DNA of 64,000 nucleotides, counting the filler, from Dirinaria sp. TL-2023a (taxonomy: Eukaryota): NCBI GenBank assembly GCA_051941275.1. It is 10 parts of 10 records of this genome, joined end to end, with 100 filler letters (N's around TTAATTAATTAA, not from the genome) between each part and the next. Parts side by side here need not be neighbours in the genome. Positions count along the whole stretch, not along the records: positions 1 to 6,401 come from JAVEBF010001489.1; positions 6,502 to 12,881 come from JAVEBF010001490.1; positions 12,982 to 19,352 come from JAVEBF010001491.1; 7 more parts are not named here. The stretch is one strand, 5' to 3'. Below are positions 1 through 15,152 of this stretch, piece by piece (the first letter of the stretch is position 1; every line of letters begins with the position of its first letter). The notes beneath the pieces are model-generated. The model searched no databases and was not told the DNA's origin. It saw nothing but the letters and a program-made list of their open reading frames with translations. A program made the translations under genes and the position numbers.

Positions 1-58
1 AAGAAGCCTGCGCTATATAGTCTTGATAAAGTAAAACAAAAAAAAAAAAAAAAAATTT

Positions 59-223
59 GGGGGGCCTGGGGAGTCGAACCCCAGCCTATCCGAAGTGCAA
101 GGAGTCATCCGGCCCACTAGGCGATATCCGAAGATAGCCTAACCCGCAATTACAACAGCTAGACAGTGCGGTTCACGTACACCCGTGGGATAGACCATTT
201 TTGGTAACTAAGACCATGGACCC
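59..223 (-). tRNA. tRNA-like gene, probably a degenerate tRNA-Pro(CGG)-like pseudogene with a ~90-nt structured intron
   Basis: Minus strand reads GGGTCCA-TGGTCT...; anticodon stem CTATCC/GGATAG with CGG-G after it; T-arm TGGGG-TTCGACT-CCCCA; 3' GGCCCCCC followed by a long T run (Pol III terminator; A run at ~38-55 on +). D-loop lacks the conserved GG and the acceptor stem pairs poorly. Confidence 0.5.
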
Positions 224-949
224 AAACTCGAAAACTCAGTCTATTAAAATAATATATAAACACTGAACACTTTCCTTAACCCTTTGAGATACCTAAGCCA
301 ACACTTTTTTTTTCTTTCTTTTTTTTCATCTACCTGCCCAGAAAAAGGGGCTACTCAAGCATGGTCAATGGAAAATGGATTTCAAAGCAGCTCATGAAGC
401 AACGTTCACACAGAACAGGAACCAGGCAGTCAATTATTTTGATGATCTATTATTATGGAATCTAGATATTCTTAAATAGAGTAATTACGACGCAGTAGGC
501 GAGTAGTTAGCAGCAAGAGCATGTTGCTGATACAGAGTACTGAATCTCATAGCCTCAGAAACACAGATTTACTTGACATACATTTACTTGGAAAAATCTT
601 CATTGATTGACGGTATTGCTGTAATCATGTCCCTTTATTGAAAGGACCTTGCTCGGCGTCTTGATTTTCAAATGATAGTCGTTAATTCAAGTTATTCTCG
701 AAAGTTTAGGGATGCGGCTCTCGAGATTCCTGTTTCGAGGTGGAATCGGCTGGCTCATTACTGCGATTTGGACGATTTGGAATAACTATGAGTGAATGTT
801 GAGGTTTCATCTTCTCTGAATTTCCTAAGGAAAAGGATGGAGAAAAATCCCGGCATAATTACTGATACGAGAATGAGGAGGTAGTTGATTTCGCAGTCAT
901 AGATGGCGATGCTTGTTGGTCTTTTCATGCAACACATTCATTGCGGTAT

Positions 950-1590
950 GTTAGCTTCCCCTGCTCCGTGCGGCGAGGTACTTGGATACCGCGGGCAATG
1001 ACTGCGTTGGGGGCTTCTAAAGCGGCAGGTATGAAGCCCGCAGTCGTTGGAGTGGTGGTCATGCCTGCAAATGTGTTGGCCATTGTTACAGCGGTTGAGA
1101 CCGTATTTGTAATACTGCTGGTAGTGTCACCTCAATAGACAATTAGCATGATGAATAGTCAAACTGGGAACGCTATTGCACGATGCTGATGATAGTTGTC
1201 GTAATCGTGCTCGAGTACGTATGAGTGACTTGAGCGTTTGTGGTAGTTGATGTGATCGTTGACGTCTCGCTGATAGTGTCTATGACCGCCGGTGGTGTAG
1301 TGGTGGAAATAGGGGTGGAGGCTTTTCTGAATGTCGCTCGACTCGTCATAGTTAAGACGAAGGCCTTTGAAGGCACTGGGATCTTCTGGAAACCTCCTGG
1401 AAGGGCGGTACAGTGTTCTGAAGATTTTGTTGAGTCACAGATGGCGCAGGAAGAGATGACTAGACCTCTATGGAGGAGCTGGGGCAATACGAACTTTCCA
1501 CTAGAACAAGTGGCGATTCTCAATATTCAAAGCTGAAAGGAGGAGCAGAGCAAGCAAAGACAGGCTGTCCAAGAAAAGTTCAATATTCAA
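950..1590 (-). pseudogene. Possible decayed Ser/Thr-rich secreted protein gene
   Basis: Hydrophobic signal-like stretch LSLLALLLLSALNIENR, then a frameshift into a Cys- and Thr-rich ORF (1173-1523), a putative intron with a GCTAAT branch site, and a further Thr-rich segment (TTPTTAGFIPAA). Confidence 0.3.
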
Positions 1591-3437
1591 AGACTCATTA
1601 GAAAGAGACCACACATAGTCGCCGAGAAATAACAAGATGCCCATATTCATATAGCATTTGAAGTGCTAGCACACCGACTATTCTCAAATTGACTGTATAA
1701 TACCAAAAGCATGACCATTTCAAGAGTCTCGACCAAGCTCTGTGATTTAAGGCGGCATTCACACGATTATGGTTTGAATCTCGGTCTCATTAGGTTGCGG
1801 TTCTGGGCAGCTTCGGCTCTTTACGAGCTCAGCTCGACGCCGCTAAGGGGATGCTTTTTGGGAAATGAAGAGTTTTTGGTGGATTAGGTAGGTATAAGCG
1901 CTGAGGTTGAAGTCCCACTGGGATATGGCTTCTGATTGGGTGCTTTGATACGAGTTCAGAAGACATGTAACGTACGTACTTCGTATTTCTCATTTTAGGC
2001 CTTTTTTGGCCGTGATTGACCGGATGGGTGGTTCTATCCGTACATGTAAGCAGGCTGTAGCCAACCGCTGATATTTTCAACAGCTTTCGTAATTCCCTTG
2101 ATTCTAGGACTTCGATTAATACAAGAAAGGCGTATGCAGAGTGCAATGATACCTAAAGTAAGTAGAGATACTTCTGTAAGACTCGGTAATGAATGCTCGA
2201 AGTGACTTGATCTGATCATAGCTCTTGCAGAAGTAGCCTGCGAGAATTGGTTCCTACCACCTCTTTCGAGTAATGTACGCTGATCAGAAGCTAGGGAGGT
2301 TGTTTTGGAGAGCGCGGGTACACTTAATCGTACCAATAGCCCGAACGCGCTCTAATATGCTCCGAATATCAGCTTCCCTGTGGGAGGATGGAAGATCTCA
2401 ATAGTGACAGTGCTGTGCGTCTAGTCTACGCTGTTGCTGAATCTTAAAATTATGCCAATAAAACGGAAATCCTTATGCTGGCCGTCATGGTGTGAGACAA
2501 CATTCTGTGTTGCATGTTATACCTTGCTCATGAATTGCCTCTTTATGAGATGCCAACTGCCCTGTTTTTGTGAGTTGAGTAAAACTTCATGAAGAACAAA
2601 GTCAGGATGACAAGGTCTCGGTTAAACAATCTTTGAGCGAATCAGGCTCTCTATTATAGTCTGAAGACTTCTCAAAGATAACGGTTCAGCATTCGCCTGA
2701 GGATGTAGGATTTCTTTCGGAATGTGATTGCTCATCATCGGGCGTCCGGCTCAATTTGATGTTCATATATTCCCTGGTATTTTCTGAGATGTACACGAGG
2801 GCATCGGGAACAGTCACGATGCTGATAGAAATTAACGTCAAGACATGGATAGATAGAAGAACATAAGACCAAACGAAAATAATTGTAAAATAGAGGCCAC
2901 TCAAAGGAGGCGGGAACATGCTGTAAGTATACGCCCTGTGAGAATATCTGAAAATCCCTGAAGGTACAATACTCGAAAAGAGTTGACTAGGAGCGTACCT
3001 GTTAATGTAGTCAAGGAGTCAAGGTCGAGGTAAATGAGTTCGATGATAGCGTCAGCTCGCTTAAAGCGGCAGTAGGGCCGCCTAGCCCTTTTAGATGCCA
3101 AGACCATAAACGAGTCTCATGAAACCTACAGTACTGTACCTTAGCATTGGCCGAGTCTGCGCAACAAGACCGCAAAGCTCCATGGAAGAGTACCTCACAA
3201 TTTGAAGCTCTTTGCGATGTCACTACTTTTCGCATTTCCGCCGAATTCCGCATGTTGTGCCTTTCTCAAGCTCTCAGGATATCTGACCAGCTCGTCCTCA
3301 TAACTAGCATCGACGCGAGGTACCCAGATGCCGGAAAACGTCTTGCCGATGCTGGAATTCTGTCCTTGGAGTCGATGACATAGCGAAGGCTTTTGAGCGC
3401 ATTCCCGACGTCCTTGAAAGCAGGAAATACCTCGTAC

Positions 3438-5789
<2,352 letters not shown>

Positions 5790-5822
5790 TATATATGCTT
5801 CATTATTCGGTATTGTACGCCC

Positions 5823-5869
5823 TTTTTTTTTTTTTTTCTTTTTCTTGTGTTTTTGTGTGTGTGTGTGTG
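5823..5869. repeat. Poly-T plus (TG)n microsatellite in the MNS1 3' region
   Basis: Visible T run followed by tgtgtgtgtgtgtgtg. Confidence 0.85.
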
Positions 5870-6055
5870 ATGGTCCGGGTCTTTTCTGGGCGATGCAGTA
5901 CATTATGTACGAGTACGAGTACTACCACAAAGTCATCTGGCATAGAGTATTTGAGGCGTGCATGGCTGAAAAAGATTGTATTTCTAAATAACAGTAGCGG
6001 CGAGCGGTTCTTTTCGTTAAAAGCGATTTTGTAATTGAGGTTGCGGTTCGGCTAT

Positions 6056-6401
6056 TTATTTTACTCTTTGCCGTTTCCTAGACTTGCCGTCCCTTTCATT
6101 GATCATAGCGGTATAGCTCTGGGAGCAATCCTGTGTGAACGGGTGTTCTGGACCCAACACTTTCTGAAGCCCTGTTAAGGCCCTGCGATAGAGCACAGAG
6201 GCGTCGTCGTACCGCTGTTGAATATGAAGTAGGTAGGCAAGGTTGTAAACGCTAAGCAATGTGTGTGGATGCTCGACTCCTAGCACCTTCTCTCTGCCTT
6301 CTAAAGCCCGTCGGTTCATCATTTCGGCCATCTCATACTTCCCCTGATTGTTAAGCACTAGTGCCAGATTGCTAACGCTAAGCAATGTGTGTGGATGCTC
6401 G
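6056..6401 (-). CDS. C-terminal kinesin-light-chain-type TPR repeats, probably the 3' end of a fungal NLR (NB-ARC/NACHT-TPR); 5' truncated by the contig end
   Basis: 42-aa repeats NLALVLNNQGKYEMAEMMNRRALEGREKVLGVEHPHTL / NLAYLL..QQRYDDA..LYRRAL.G.QKVLGPEHP; an identical 28-nt block at 6248 and 6374 (126-nt period). Confidence 0.85.
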
Positions 6402-6501
6402 NNNNNNNNNNNNNNNNNNNNNNNNNNNNNNNNNNNNNNNNNNNNTTAATTAATTAANNNNNNNNNNNNNNNNNNNNNNNNNNNNNNNNNNNNNNNNNNN
6501 N
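6402..6501. other. Artificial contig linker
   Basis: N44-TTAATTAATTAA-N44 (stop codons in all six frames). Confidence 0.99.
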
Positions 6502-7986
6502 GGTGGCTTACTATGCAGTATGTGGTTTGAGGATGTTGCGAATAGGAAGGTGTTTTTAAGGAGGGAGAGCTTTATTCGTGTGCTTATTGTTGTTGTTTAC
6601 TTCTGCTTAGTCCCTAACAACATAGTGCGATGAGTGATCAGGCAAGCTAGTAATGTATGTAACACACATCGGCTTTATAGCGGCTTCCGTTTATCAACCA
6701 CTAGGTTGGCTATTTTAAAGGGTGCGTACTGCTTTGAATGAGTTAGATATCCATTCCCTTCGATGTGTTGAAGAAACCTGGAGTATCACAGTATGCCATG
6801 ATGTCTCCGCTATCTTAGTTCGAGCACTCAGACGACCCGACAATAATAGATGGAGCATGTTTCGATTCCACATCCCAGACAATGAAAAAGCCTAATTAGG
6901 CCACGGCGAAGCAAATACATTCCATAATCGAGTGCTCGTTTCAGCGACATGCCAAGCAAGACGGTAAGTCGTAAGCAAGCATCTCATCGAAGTGATAATG
7001 GCCGAGTCCGCCATTCAAGAGCCATCGTCAATTAGGCCACTCGTCAAAAGTATCAATCCCATAGTTACAAGGATCACGAACGAGAAATAGAGACGAGTCA
7101 CTGCCCTGGTAGAGATAGAACGCATCTCGTATGACGATCGACGTTCCATGGATGATCGGCGACTTCACTAGGGTTATAAAGCGTCAGATGAATCCTTCGA
7201 TTCGAAGAATGATATTACATTGTAAAAAGTAGTCTTCTCTCTGATAGGAACATAATTTTGACATACCTTGACGTCCGCAGGATCCTCGATTCAAGTAGAA
7301 ACGGTTTTCCCCCTGCAGCCTCGCGTGAAGTCTCGCTCCCATTCGATCAAATGATCGACATTTCCAAAAACTGCTGAAGGATTTTTTGAACGAAGATAGC
7401 CACGAAGCAGAACGCCAGATCGCGAATACAAAACCGATGAAAGGAAGATAGACTTGTCTTGCTCTTGCAACTTATACTCAGATTAGGTTGCATCTGATAT
7501 CCTTGCTCTGCACAATTATTCTACGATCAGTAGGCCGACTCCCATCGCACTCTGTGAACAAACAGATCATTGCTGCTGTTGCCCATTCCTCCAAGAACAT
7601 CGCCGATAAATGGAGGTAGTAGAGTGAGACAAGCGCTTGTTGGTGCCTTGCCAAATGAGAAAGTCACATTCCGGTGCTTCTGTGTAGCAGAAAAAAAGCA
7701 AAGAGCAAGCGACAAGTAACTAAATTATGTAAGCCATACCAATTTTGACTGGTCGCCCTACAAGGCTGAGAGGAGACTGCTTGCCCGAACAACACTGCGT
7801 ACTTCTTTCGCTGTAGCTTGTGTCTTCATTTAATTGTTGCAGAAGTCACACTGAGAGCCATCCCAATCAAGACTTCGATTTTTTTTCGATTATCATTGGA
7901 CTTCGTGGGATAAATCGTGCCCATATATCGGAGACCCATTGACCATATGCCTATCTTCTCCTCGAAAGTAGAGGGCCCTACAAAAT

Positions 7987-9649
7987 ATGTCTGACTTTGG
8001 AGAACAGTCTTCTTTCGAAGAAGCCGAGCCTCTTGTCTCGAATGCCTTATCTTCTCCACGGCTCTCAGGAGAATTGCCCAGCACCAGGTCGCATACACTG
8101 CAGCTAACGACCAATACAAACGAAGACTTCGCTCCGCACGCTCACACCCAGACCTGGCTGTTCTGTTCGCATTTCTTGTCAACCTGGAACTCCCGAGTTT
8201 TCGAATTTGGCGCGGTTCTCTTCTTAGCTGATATATACCCTGGTACTTTACTACCAGTATCTGTCTACACACTTATTCGATCAGCTTCGGCTATCTGCCT
8301 TTCTCCTGCTGTTGGAGGCTACATTGACCGGAAGAATCGTCTCAATCTTGCGAGGGGATCTATCATAGGACAACGGCTATCTGTCATACTGTCATGTCTT
8401 CTTTTCGGAATTCTGACGACCGATGCTGTCAGCCACGCAATCCTCAAAACTAGCTTATTAGGTGTTTTATGTACCTTAGCCTGCGTGGAGAAAATCTATT
8501 CGGTGATGACTCTGATTGCTATTGAGCGAGACTGGGTGGTCGTTATTGCCGAAAGCACAGAGCTCGACCTGCAAACACTGAATTCGCAGATGCGACGCAT
8601 TGACCTGGCTTGTAAGCTTTTTGGTCCTCTCGCCATTGCACTATTGGATGCTATATCCACTAGAGACGCCATCTATGCGACTTTTGGCTTAAATATCATC
8701 TCCGTCTTCCTTGAATACTTTACGATAGAGAAGGTCTGGTCTGTCCTTTTATCTTCTTGACATCTAGTCTAAAGTCAATGTGTAGGTCTACCGAGAAATA
8801 CCAGCACTCCACGCTCCTCACAAGGCGAATAACGCCTATCCCAGTATTGAAGATTCATCGGTGTCCACGCCCCTGCAATCGCACGTATCATCTGCCTGGA
8901 GAATTATATCGGTTTACATTTACCACAAGGCATTCCTACCGTCGTTGGCATTATGTATCACCCATTTCACCGTACTCTCTTTCTCTGGACAGATGGTCAC
9001 TTATCTTTTGTCCGTGGGATTCTCCTCTGCCTCGATTGGTCTCATGCGAACAGTGTCCGTAGCATTAGAGATGTCCGCGACCTGGCTTACTCCATTGGTA
9101 ATGGATCGAATCGGCCCATTGCGTGCGGGTCTATGGTCTATTTATTGGCAAATTTCCTTCTTAATAGGCGCAGTAACTGTTTTCTGGTCTATCCAGTCAC
9201 CTGATATAGCTGCATTGGGCCTTGTAGTTGGTGTCGTGCTCAGTAGGGTCGGACTGTGGGGCTTTGATCTATCCGTGCAGATACTCGTACAGGAGGTATG
9301 TGTTTCTACAAGAATATTGTTCTTCAAATTCTCAGTGGTCATGAACTGAGTGGAACAGAATGTTGGACCAGACTTGAGGGGATCCTTTTCATCCATTGAG
9401 GCTTCAATGGTGAATTTATTCGAACTCTTGGCGTATGCATCTACCATCGTCTTCGCCCGTCCTGCTCAATTTCGATATCCAGCCTTAATGAGCGTTATCG
9501 CTATCTTTGCCGCAGGTGCGACTTATGCCGGATACTCAAGGAGCCGCAGAGGTCACCTTTTGCACTTATCGAAGTGTGTAGCAGGTGCACGTCAAAGGCT
9601 TACTAAGCCACCAGGACATGAATCAAGTATTCGGATGCGAGACTTGTAG
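7987..9649 (+). CDS. FPN1: Ferroportin-family (SLC40/FPN1) metal transporter, ~515 aa; exons 7987-8733, 8786-9295, 9359-9649
   Basis: Motifs SHFLSTWNSRVFEF, IERDWVVV, LNSQMRRIDL.CKL.GP, TVLSFSGQM, SRVGLWGFDL.VQ.LVQE; multi-pass TM pattern; two GT..AG introns join the three ORF-track pieces in frame. Confidence 0.9.
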
Positions 9650-11872
9650 TAATTTGATCTACGCCTAATCACGGAATATTGGGTCTGATGAACCACTGCT
9701 TTGTCCAAGTGAACTACTTTTAAACTCGGGAATTATCATTCTAAGACGAAAAGCTATCACAGATTGAGCAAACGCTCTGAGAAGCTTCTTGCCGGGGTGT
9801 TCGTGCCGGAGTCTTCAGAATATTCTTAGGCATCTGACGCACGAACATCAGAGATTTGACGCACGAGACTTTTAGAAACTTCGTCCACCAAAAAAAATTA
9901 AGCGGATAGTATGACCATCAATTAATAAGAGATTGCTCGCTGGTGTCCATAAGGAGACTGTCGCTCCGAGATCCGTTCCATCTAAGGGAGACTGAGTCAC
10001 TGACAGCCGCTAGTGGTCTCCCTGCTTTTAAGTCCTTTCTGCGTTAGCTGTGCGCGCTACCTTGCTCTTGTATTTTGAGCTTAACCGGCGCACTTTCTCA
10101 TAGCCTACAAAAACCCAAACTCAGTATTCTGGGGGTGATGCTGAGTACACTACCCTCAATGGTGTTTTCACCAACGATTTTGGTTAGTCTCATGACATGT
10201 CAGGCCAGGCCGTAACATGTTCACGCGCTTGGAGCTGCAGCGGAGGAAGATGAGATTGAGAGGACAGTAGAATTACAGGTATACTCGTGAGTTATACCTC
10301 TATCTTCACATTCCGGATGGAAAGGGTTGGCGGACAGATTTTGAGGATGTCAAAGGATTGTTTTTGATTCCTCCTACCATGGAGGATGACACGAGCAGGA
10401 GATAGTGGTGGTAATGCTTCCATTTTTACCTAGTCTGCACCAACGATCAGAATCTTTCATCTTCAGGGTTCTCTATGAAGAAGGAAACGGAAACGCGTGA
10501 GAATAGACCCCTAGTTGTTAAGGCCGCAAAAACAGGGTGGCGTACGAAACATTGTCTTCTCGTTATGTCTTGCAATGAGTTCACGAGACTTGAGAAAATT
10601 GAACAAAATCAGGGAGACTGTAATAAAATCTATACTAAATGGCGAAATCAATAATGGACTCGCCGTAACAAAAGTCAACAGCAGTGCCCAAGTTGATATA
10701 CCGGCCACCTGCACAGCTACTGAAGATCCTTGAGGAAACTTCAAACAATTATAATATCAATTCAATTATATCCTACTCCCAACCCAAAGTGCGGAAGGGA
10801 CAGCGTCTCCATCCTCGTCACTTGGCACTACATTCGATCTTTCTTGCTGGCTGCTTACATGAATACAATCACTCTTTTGACTTGGCTGCAAAAGAGTGCT
10901 CTTTTTTACACTCCGAAGCCATGCCATATATGTACAACAAATTCAGACTATCTCTTTGAACAACATCTATATCAAGTCCAGCCAGGCGGCGGATTCTTGC
11001 GCGATCTAGAATATAGAATTATCCCGCTAAACACTACCTTTGCTCTGATCCTCTTCCTGTCCAAAGACAGATGGAATTTTGCCTCGGGAATGCTGGCAGT
11101 GGTAGAGATTGTTTCCGTTGAATTCCACCTACCGCTTTTCTTTGCTCTTCCACGATAGAGGTTCTGATATGCCCTGACCCTGCACGCCGAAAGCCAATTG
11201 ACCAAGTGTTTATTGCTGGTGAATTGGAGAGTCAATGCCTCGACACTCTTATACTCTTCCTTTCCTTTGACACTCGTGGTTCCACTGTCATTCATCTTCG
11301 ACACATCAGCTTCAACATATTTTTATATTCCTTAATCTCGGAGAAGTAACACAAACCCAGTGACAGCTCTTGGCGGTAATTTCAGATATCTATTTAAACC
11401 GTGTCCTTCTTGACCCTCTTCCTTCTTATTTTTGCACTGCGCCAAACTCCAATTACTACTTGTCTATACTTTACAAAGCTACTCATTTTACTTCGATAAC
11501 TTCCACTACAGTCACTAGTATTCTCTCTCTTTATATACTTATCTACTCAGACATCCGAGTCTCGGCGATGAAAGAGGTGAAGCTCTCACTCTTCGACATT
11601 CGTTGCTGTTCATCCGTTGGAGAGGTACCAGACACAATATTTCTGGCAAAACTCACCGCTCTTCACAATTGGTGAGCTTGTTGCCTTTGAGACGCAGAGA
11701 TGGCACATCGCGGTAGGCATCTACTTCAAACATAGATTAGTAGCACAACTAATTTTGTTTCCTGATAGTGCCACACGAGCTCTCCAATACACAGATGCCT
11801 ACAGCCATTCGACAAGATCCTTGTGAGGCTCGTCCGTCGCTACCTTGCTGCGACGGCGCGACACCGTACTCA

Positions 11873-12133
11873 ATTGGGAAATACCCTTCCAGATATGACT
11901 GGGAAGGTCTTTCAATGTGGATGATAATAGACACCAAACCGGGCTACATCAGTCAAGCCGGGATCAACGCACTCGAGCAGATGAGATCTAGCTTGCTGCA
12001 ACATTACGATACCTCACCCGATTGAGGGTTACCCATCAAGACACAATTGGGAAGATCTCTCAATGTGGATGATAATAGACACCGAACCGGGCAACATCAG
12101 TCAAGCCGGGATCAACGCACTTGAGCAGTTGAG
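11873..12133 (+). repeat. Imperfect tandem duplication of ~113 nt (148-nt period) in a decayed coding region
   Basis: 11873-11985 vs 12021-12133; both copies encode ..W E.LSMWMIIDT.PG.ISQAGINALEQ.R. Confidence 0.9.
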
Positions 12134-12684
12134 GTATATCAGACAAGCTGCCAGGCCCAATGGCAGACATTTGGACATCTATACCCTCAGAGCATTCGGC
12201 CGTTGCGCAGACACGGTCTTCTTTAGATCGTGTCTATCGACTCGGATCATGATATTCTGGAGACGATTGAGGCAGTACAGTCTGTTCGGTCAAAAAATTC
12301 TCACATCAATGTCCCGTCCACAGGCAAACACGCGATGACTGTATTGACATCGATCCGTAACAACGGCCAAGCACTTGGTGATCGTATTGACATCGATCCC
12401 TACCAATGGGCTAAAAAGCGTACGATGGTACCACATTAACATCACTCAATTTCTCACTATGACAAGAATAATGCCGGACAAAATAAAAGAACGTATATAC
12501 AGTAATAATCACCCACTTGTTTTAGAGTCTGTTCGAGATCCTCTGCTCAACATCAAAAAGTCTGATATCGCGAAGAAAAAAAGACGTCCGTAAGGCGCTT
12601 CGAACAAGCAAAACTCTACTCAACGTCTATCTTTTGGGTTTGAGTATGTGCAGGCAGAAGCTGAAGCGAAGAAAGCAAAGAGAC

Positions 12685-12850
12685 ATAATACATGTCGAGG
12701 TCGTTCTCGCGGATGCGGAGTTCTCTGCTATCGATGAGGAAGTAGCCGATGAGGCCTGCGAGGTTCTAGGCATAGCACCAATACCTCTTTCTAGACCGCG
12801 TCCGGTCAAAGGTTTTAACGGGGAGCTCTCCGTTTCTACAATCCGAAAGC
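12685..12850 (+). mobile_element. Relic of a Ty3/Gypsy retrotransposon aspartic protease domain
   Basis: VLADAEFSAIDEEVADEACEVLGIAPIPLSRPRPVKGFNG resembles fungal Gypsy protease (AL.DTGA.GF.FIDE..A...C..L.I.P..L..P.P..GFDG); the catalytic DTG is lost; lies at a contig end. Confidence 0.6.
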
Positions 12851-12881
12851 TTCCGTGTGCAAGGCGGCAGCCGTCTCAAAA

Positions 12882-12981
12882 NNNNNNNNNNNNNNNNNNN
12901 NNNNNNNNNNNNNNNNNNNNNNNNNTTAATTAATTAANNNNNNNNNNNNNNNNNNNNNNNNNNNNNNNNNNNNNNNNNNNN
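12882..12981. other. Artificial contig linker
   Basis: N44-TTAATTAATTAA-N44. Confidence 0.99.
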
Positions 12982-15152
12982 GTCTTACTCTTCTCATTTC
13001 AACCTCGCTTTTTTTTAAATCATCTCCGTTTTTCAACAAACTCTCACCGTCCACCCTCTCCCCTCAAAAATAACACATTAATTCATCTTCTCAACAGAAT
13101 AAAAAGTTCAAACAAATCCTAAAACGAATTTAATAAAAGAAAATGAATTGCTTTTTTATCAAAATGTCGACGTCAGCGTCAAATGAGTAAAATAAAATGA
13201 AGTCGATGAAAAGCTAAGAATGAAGTAAAGTTATGTAGAAGAGAAATTTTCAGAAAAATGAGTTTTTGTCCCTTAATCCAACATCATGAAATCCACGCTC
13301 TCAAACCAACTTCCAATCCCTTTCCCTCATTTCATTTCTCACATCCACAAAACAAAAACCACAGTCCTAAAAATTCTCCGCCCTACTCAATTCCAAACCA
13401 TTCTCACTAGCCAAAAAAGCAGTCCTAAAAATCGATATTTAATTCTCCCGCCGAGCGGGGGGAACCCAGCATCCACCAAAATGGGATTTTCGTTTTCGAG
13501 AAAGGAGAGGGAGGGATTTTGGTGCTCTGAGACTTCGTTTTGTTTTTGAGATCTTCCGCTTCTTTGTATTTTTTTGGGATGGGGGAGAGGAGGGGAAAAG
13601 GGGAAAGGCATGGTGTTCTGGAATGTCGTGTTGGGGAGAAGGGTGGTTGGAAAGTAGATTGTATGAAAGATTTGTTAGGAGATATTTAGTAAGCCAGAGA
13701 TTGACAGTTGATAATTTTTTATCCGATTTGTAAAAAAGAGAAAAAAGAAAAGAAAAAAGAAATATCCTGTTGAAATTTCTATGAAACCCACCTTTCTCAT
13801 CTCAATCACTCAAAACCCTCAGAATCTTCCCTCTACTACCCACTTTCCAAGACCTCCCTCAAAGTAATTCCCTCGGAACAATCCTCCTCTATCGAACATG
13901 GAGGAATCCAAGATATCGTGTCTTCTGATCGAGTTTCGAAATGAGAGACAGAGCACAGCTGACAGACAGATCTTTGATATTTGTTCATAACCGCAAAATT
14001 GTAGTCTCTTTTCGCGTTGTCGAAGACTTTCTTTTGTATAACTAATCTCATCACAAAAAAAAAGAAAAATTTAAACAATTGTCATCAGATGAGACTCGTT
14101 GAAATCTGTGCATTTCCTTTCTTGACCTTCTTCCCGTCGTCGGAATGGGATCAGATCAGCAAGCGATATCCAGACTGTCGGACTCCCGCATCTGAAGAAG
14201 GGCCTAGTGTGATGCTGATATGATTGGAGAATAGAGCGGTTGCGGATCACAGGGAGCATTTGCGTCCTATGTAGAGAGAGAGACTTAGTCCTAAATGCAG
14301 GGTGGACTGTTTTCTTTCATGGTGTCTTTTTTCTTGAGAGCTGAGGGAGGGCTTTGTTACTTCTATAAGAAAATTATTATATTTTCGTGTCTTTTTTTCC
14401 CTGCAGGATCCCGTTTGACATTGACCCTCTTTAAGGTGTGTAGCAAACATTGTTTTTTTTTTTTTTTTTTCTTTTCTTCGTCTTGGTAGAGGGAAAAAGG
14501 TTACTGTATCAATGGGTTCTTTACTCCTTTATCACTGGTTGCGGCTAGGATCAGCGGCTCAACTTTGATTGATCATATCTCGTCGTTCGTGACTCTTGGA
14601 CAGAATATTGTTGTAGATGAGATGAACTTGCCTTATTTGGCTCAAGTTGAGGTGTAAAAATTCTAGTCATGCAGAGGATATGTATTGGTATATTTATTGT
14701 CTAGTCCGAGGTTCTTTCGAGAAGAATCAAATTTAATTCGTATCGTCAGATTCTTCATGATACAAATCGACAGTCATTAATCCAAGTGCGCACAATGGAT
14801 AATCATAAGTCTTGTGCATCACGCAGATGTATGTGATGAATAATAATCAAATCACTTGCGAAATTTTCGTGCTCCTTTTGCGACGCCAATGCAAACTGTG
14901 AGAATGCAGTCGCTTTTTCAAAAGGGTACGATTTACGCTCCAGAAATTCTTTAGAAACAGCATACTTAGACTATGATATAGCAACACTTACTCAACTTGG
15001 CGTTCTCATGAATTCAATGGGTTTGAATATTTGAGATCACCCCATCTTGAGCACCTAAGGACGTGGTGTCTTCCATTCGACAAATAAAACGCCTTTGATC
15101 AGAGTTCGGGTTTAGCTGGTGGCAACCAGGGTTGAGAGGCATTCCAGACCAA

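Noticed and set aside
140..152. Group I intron P-element-like AATTGCGGG on the minus strand
   Set aside because: No Q, R or S elements in the right order, and the segment is far too short.
9944..10197. Possible solo LTR (TGTC...TGACA)
   Set aside because: No target-site duplication or convincing terminal inverted repeat.
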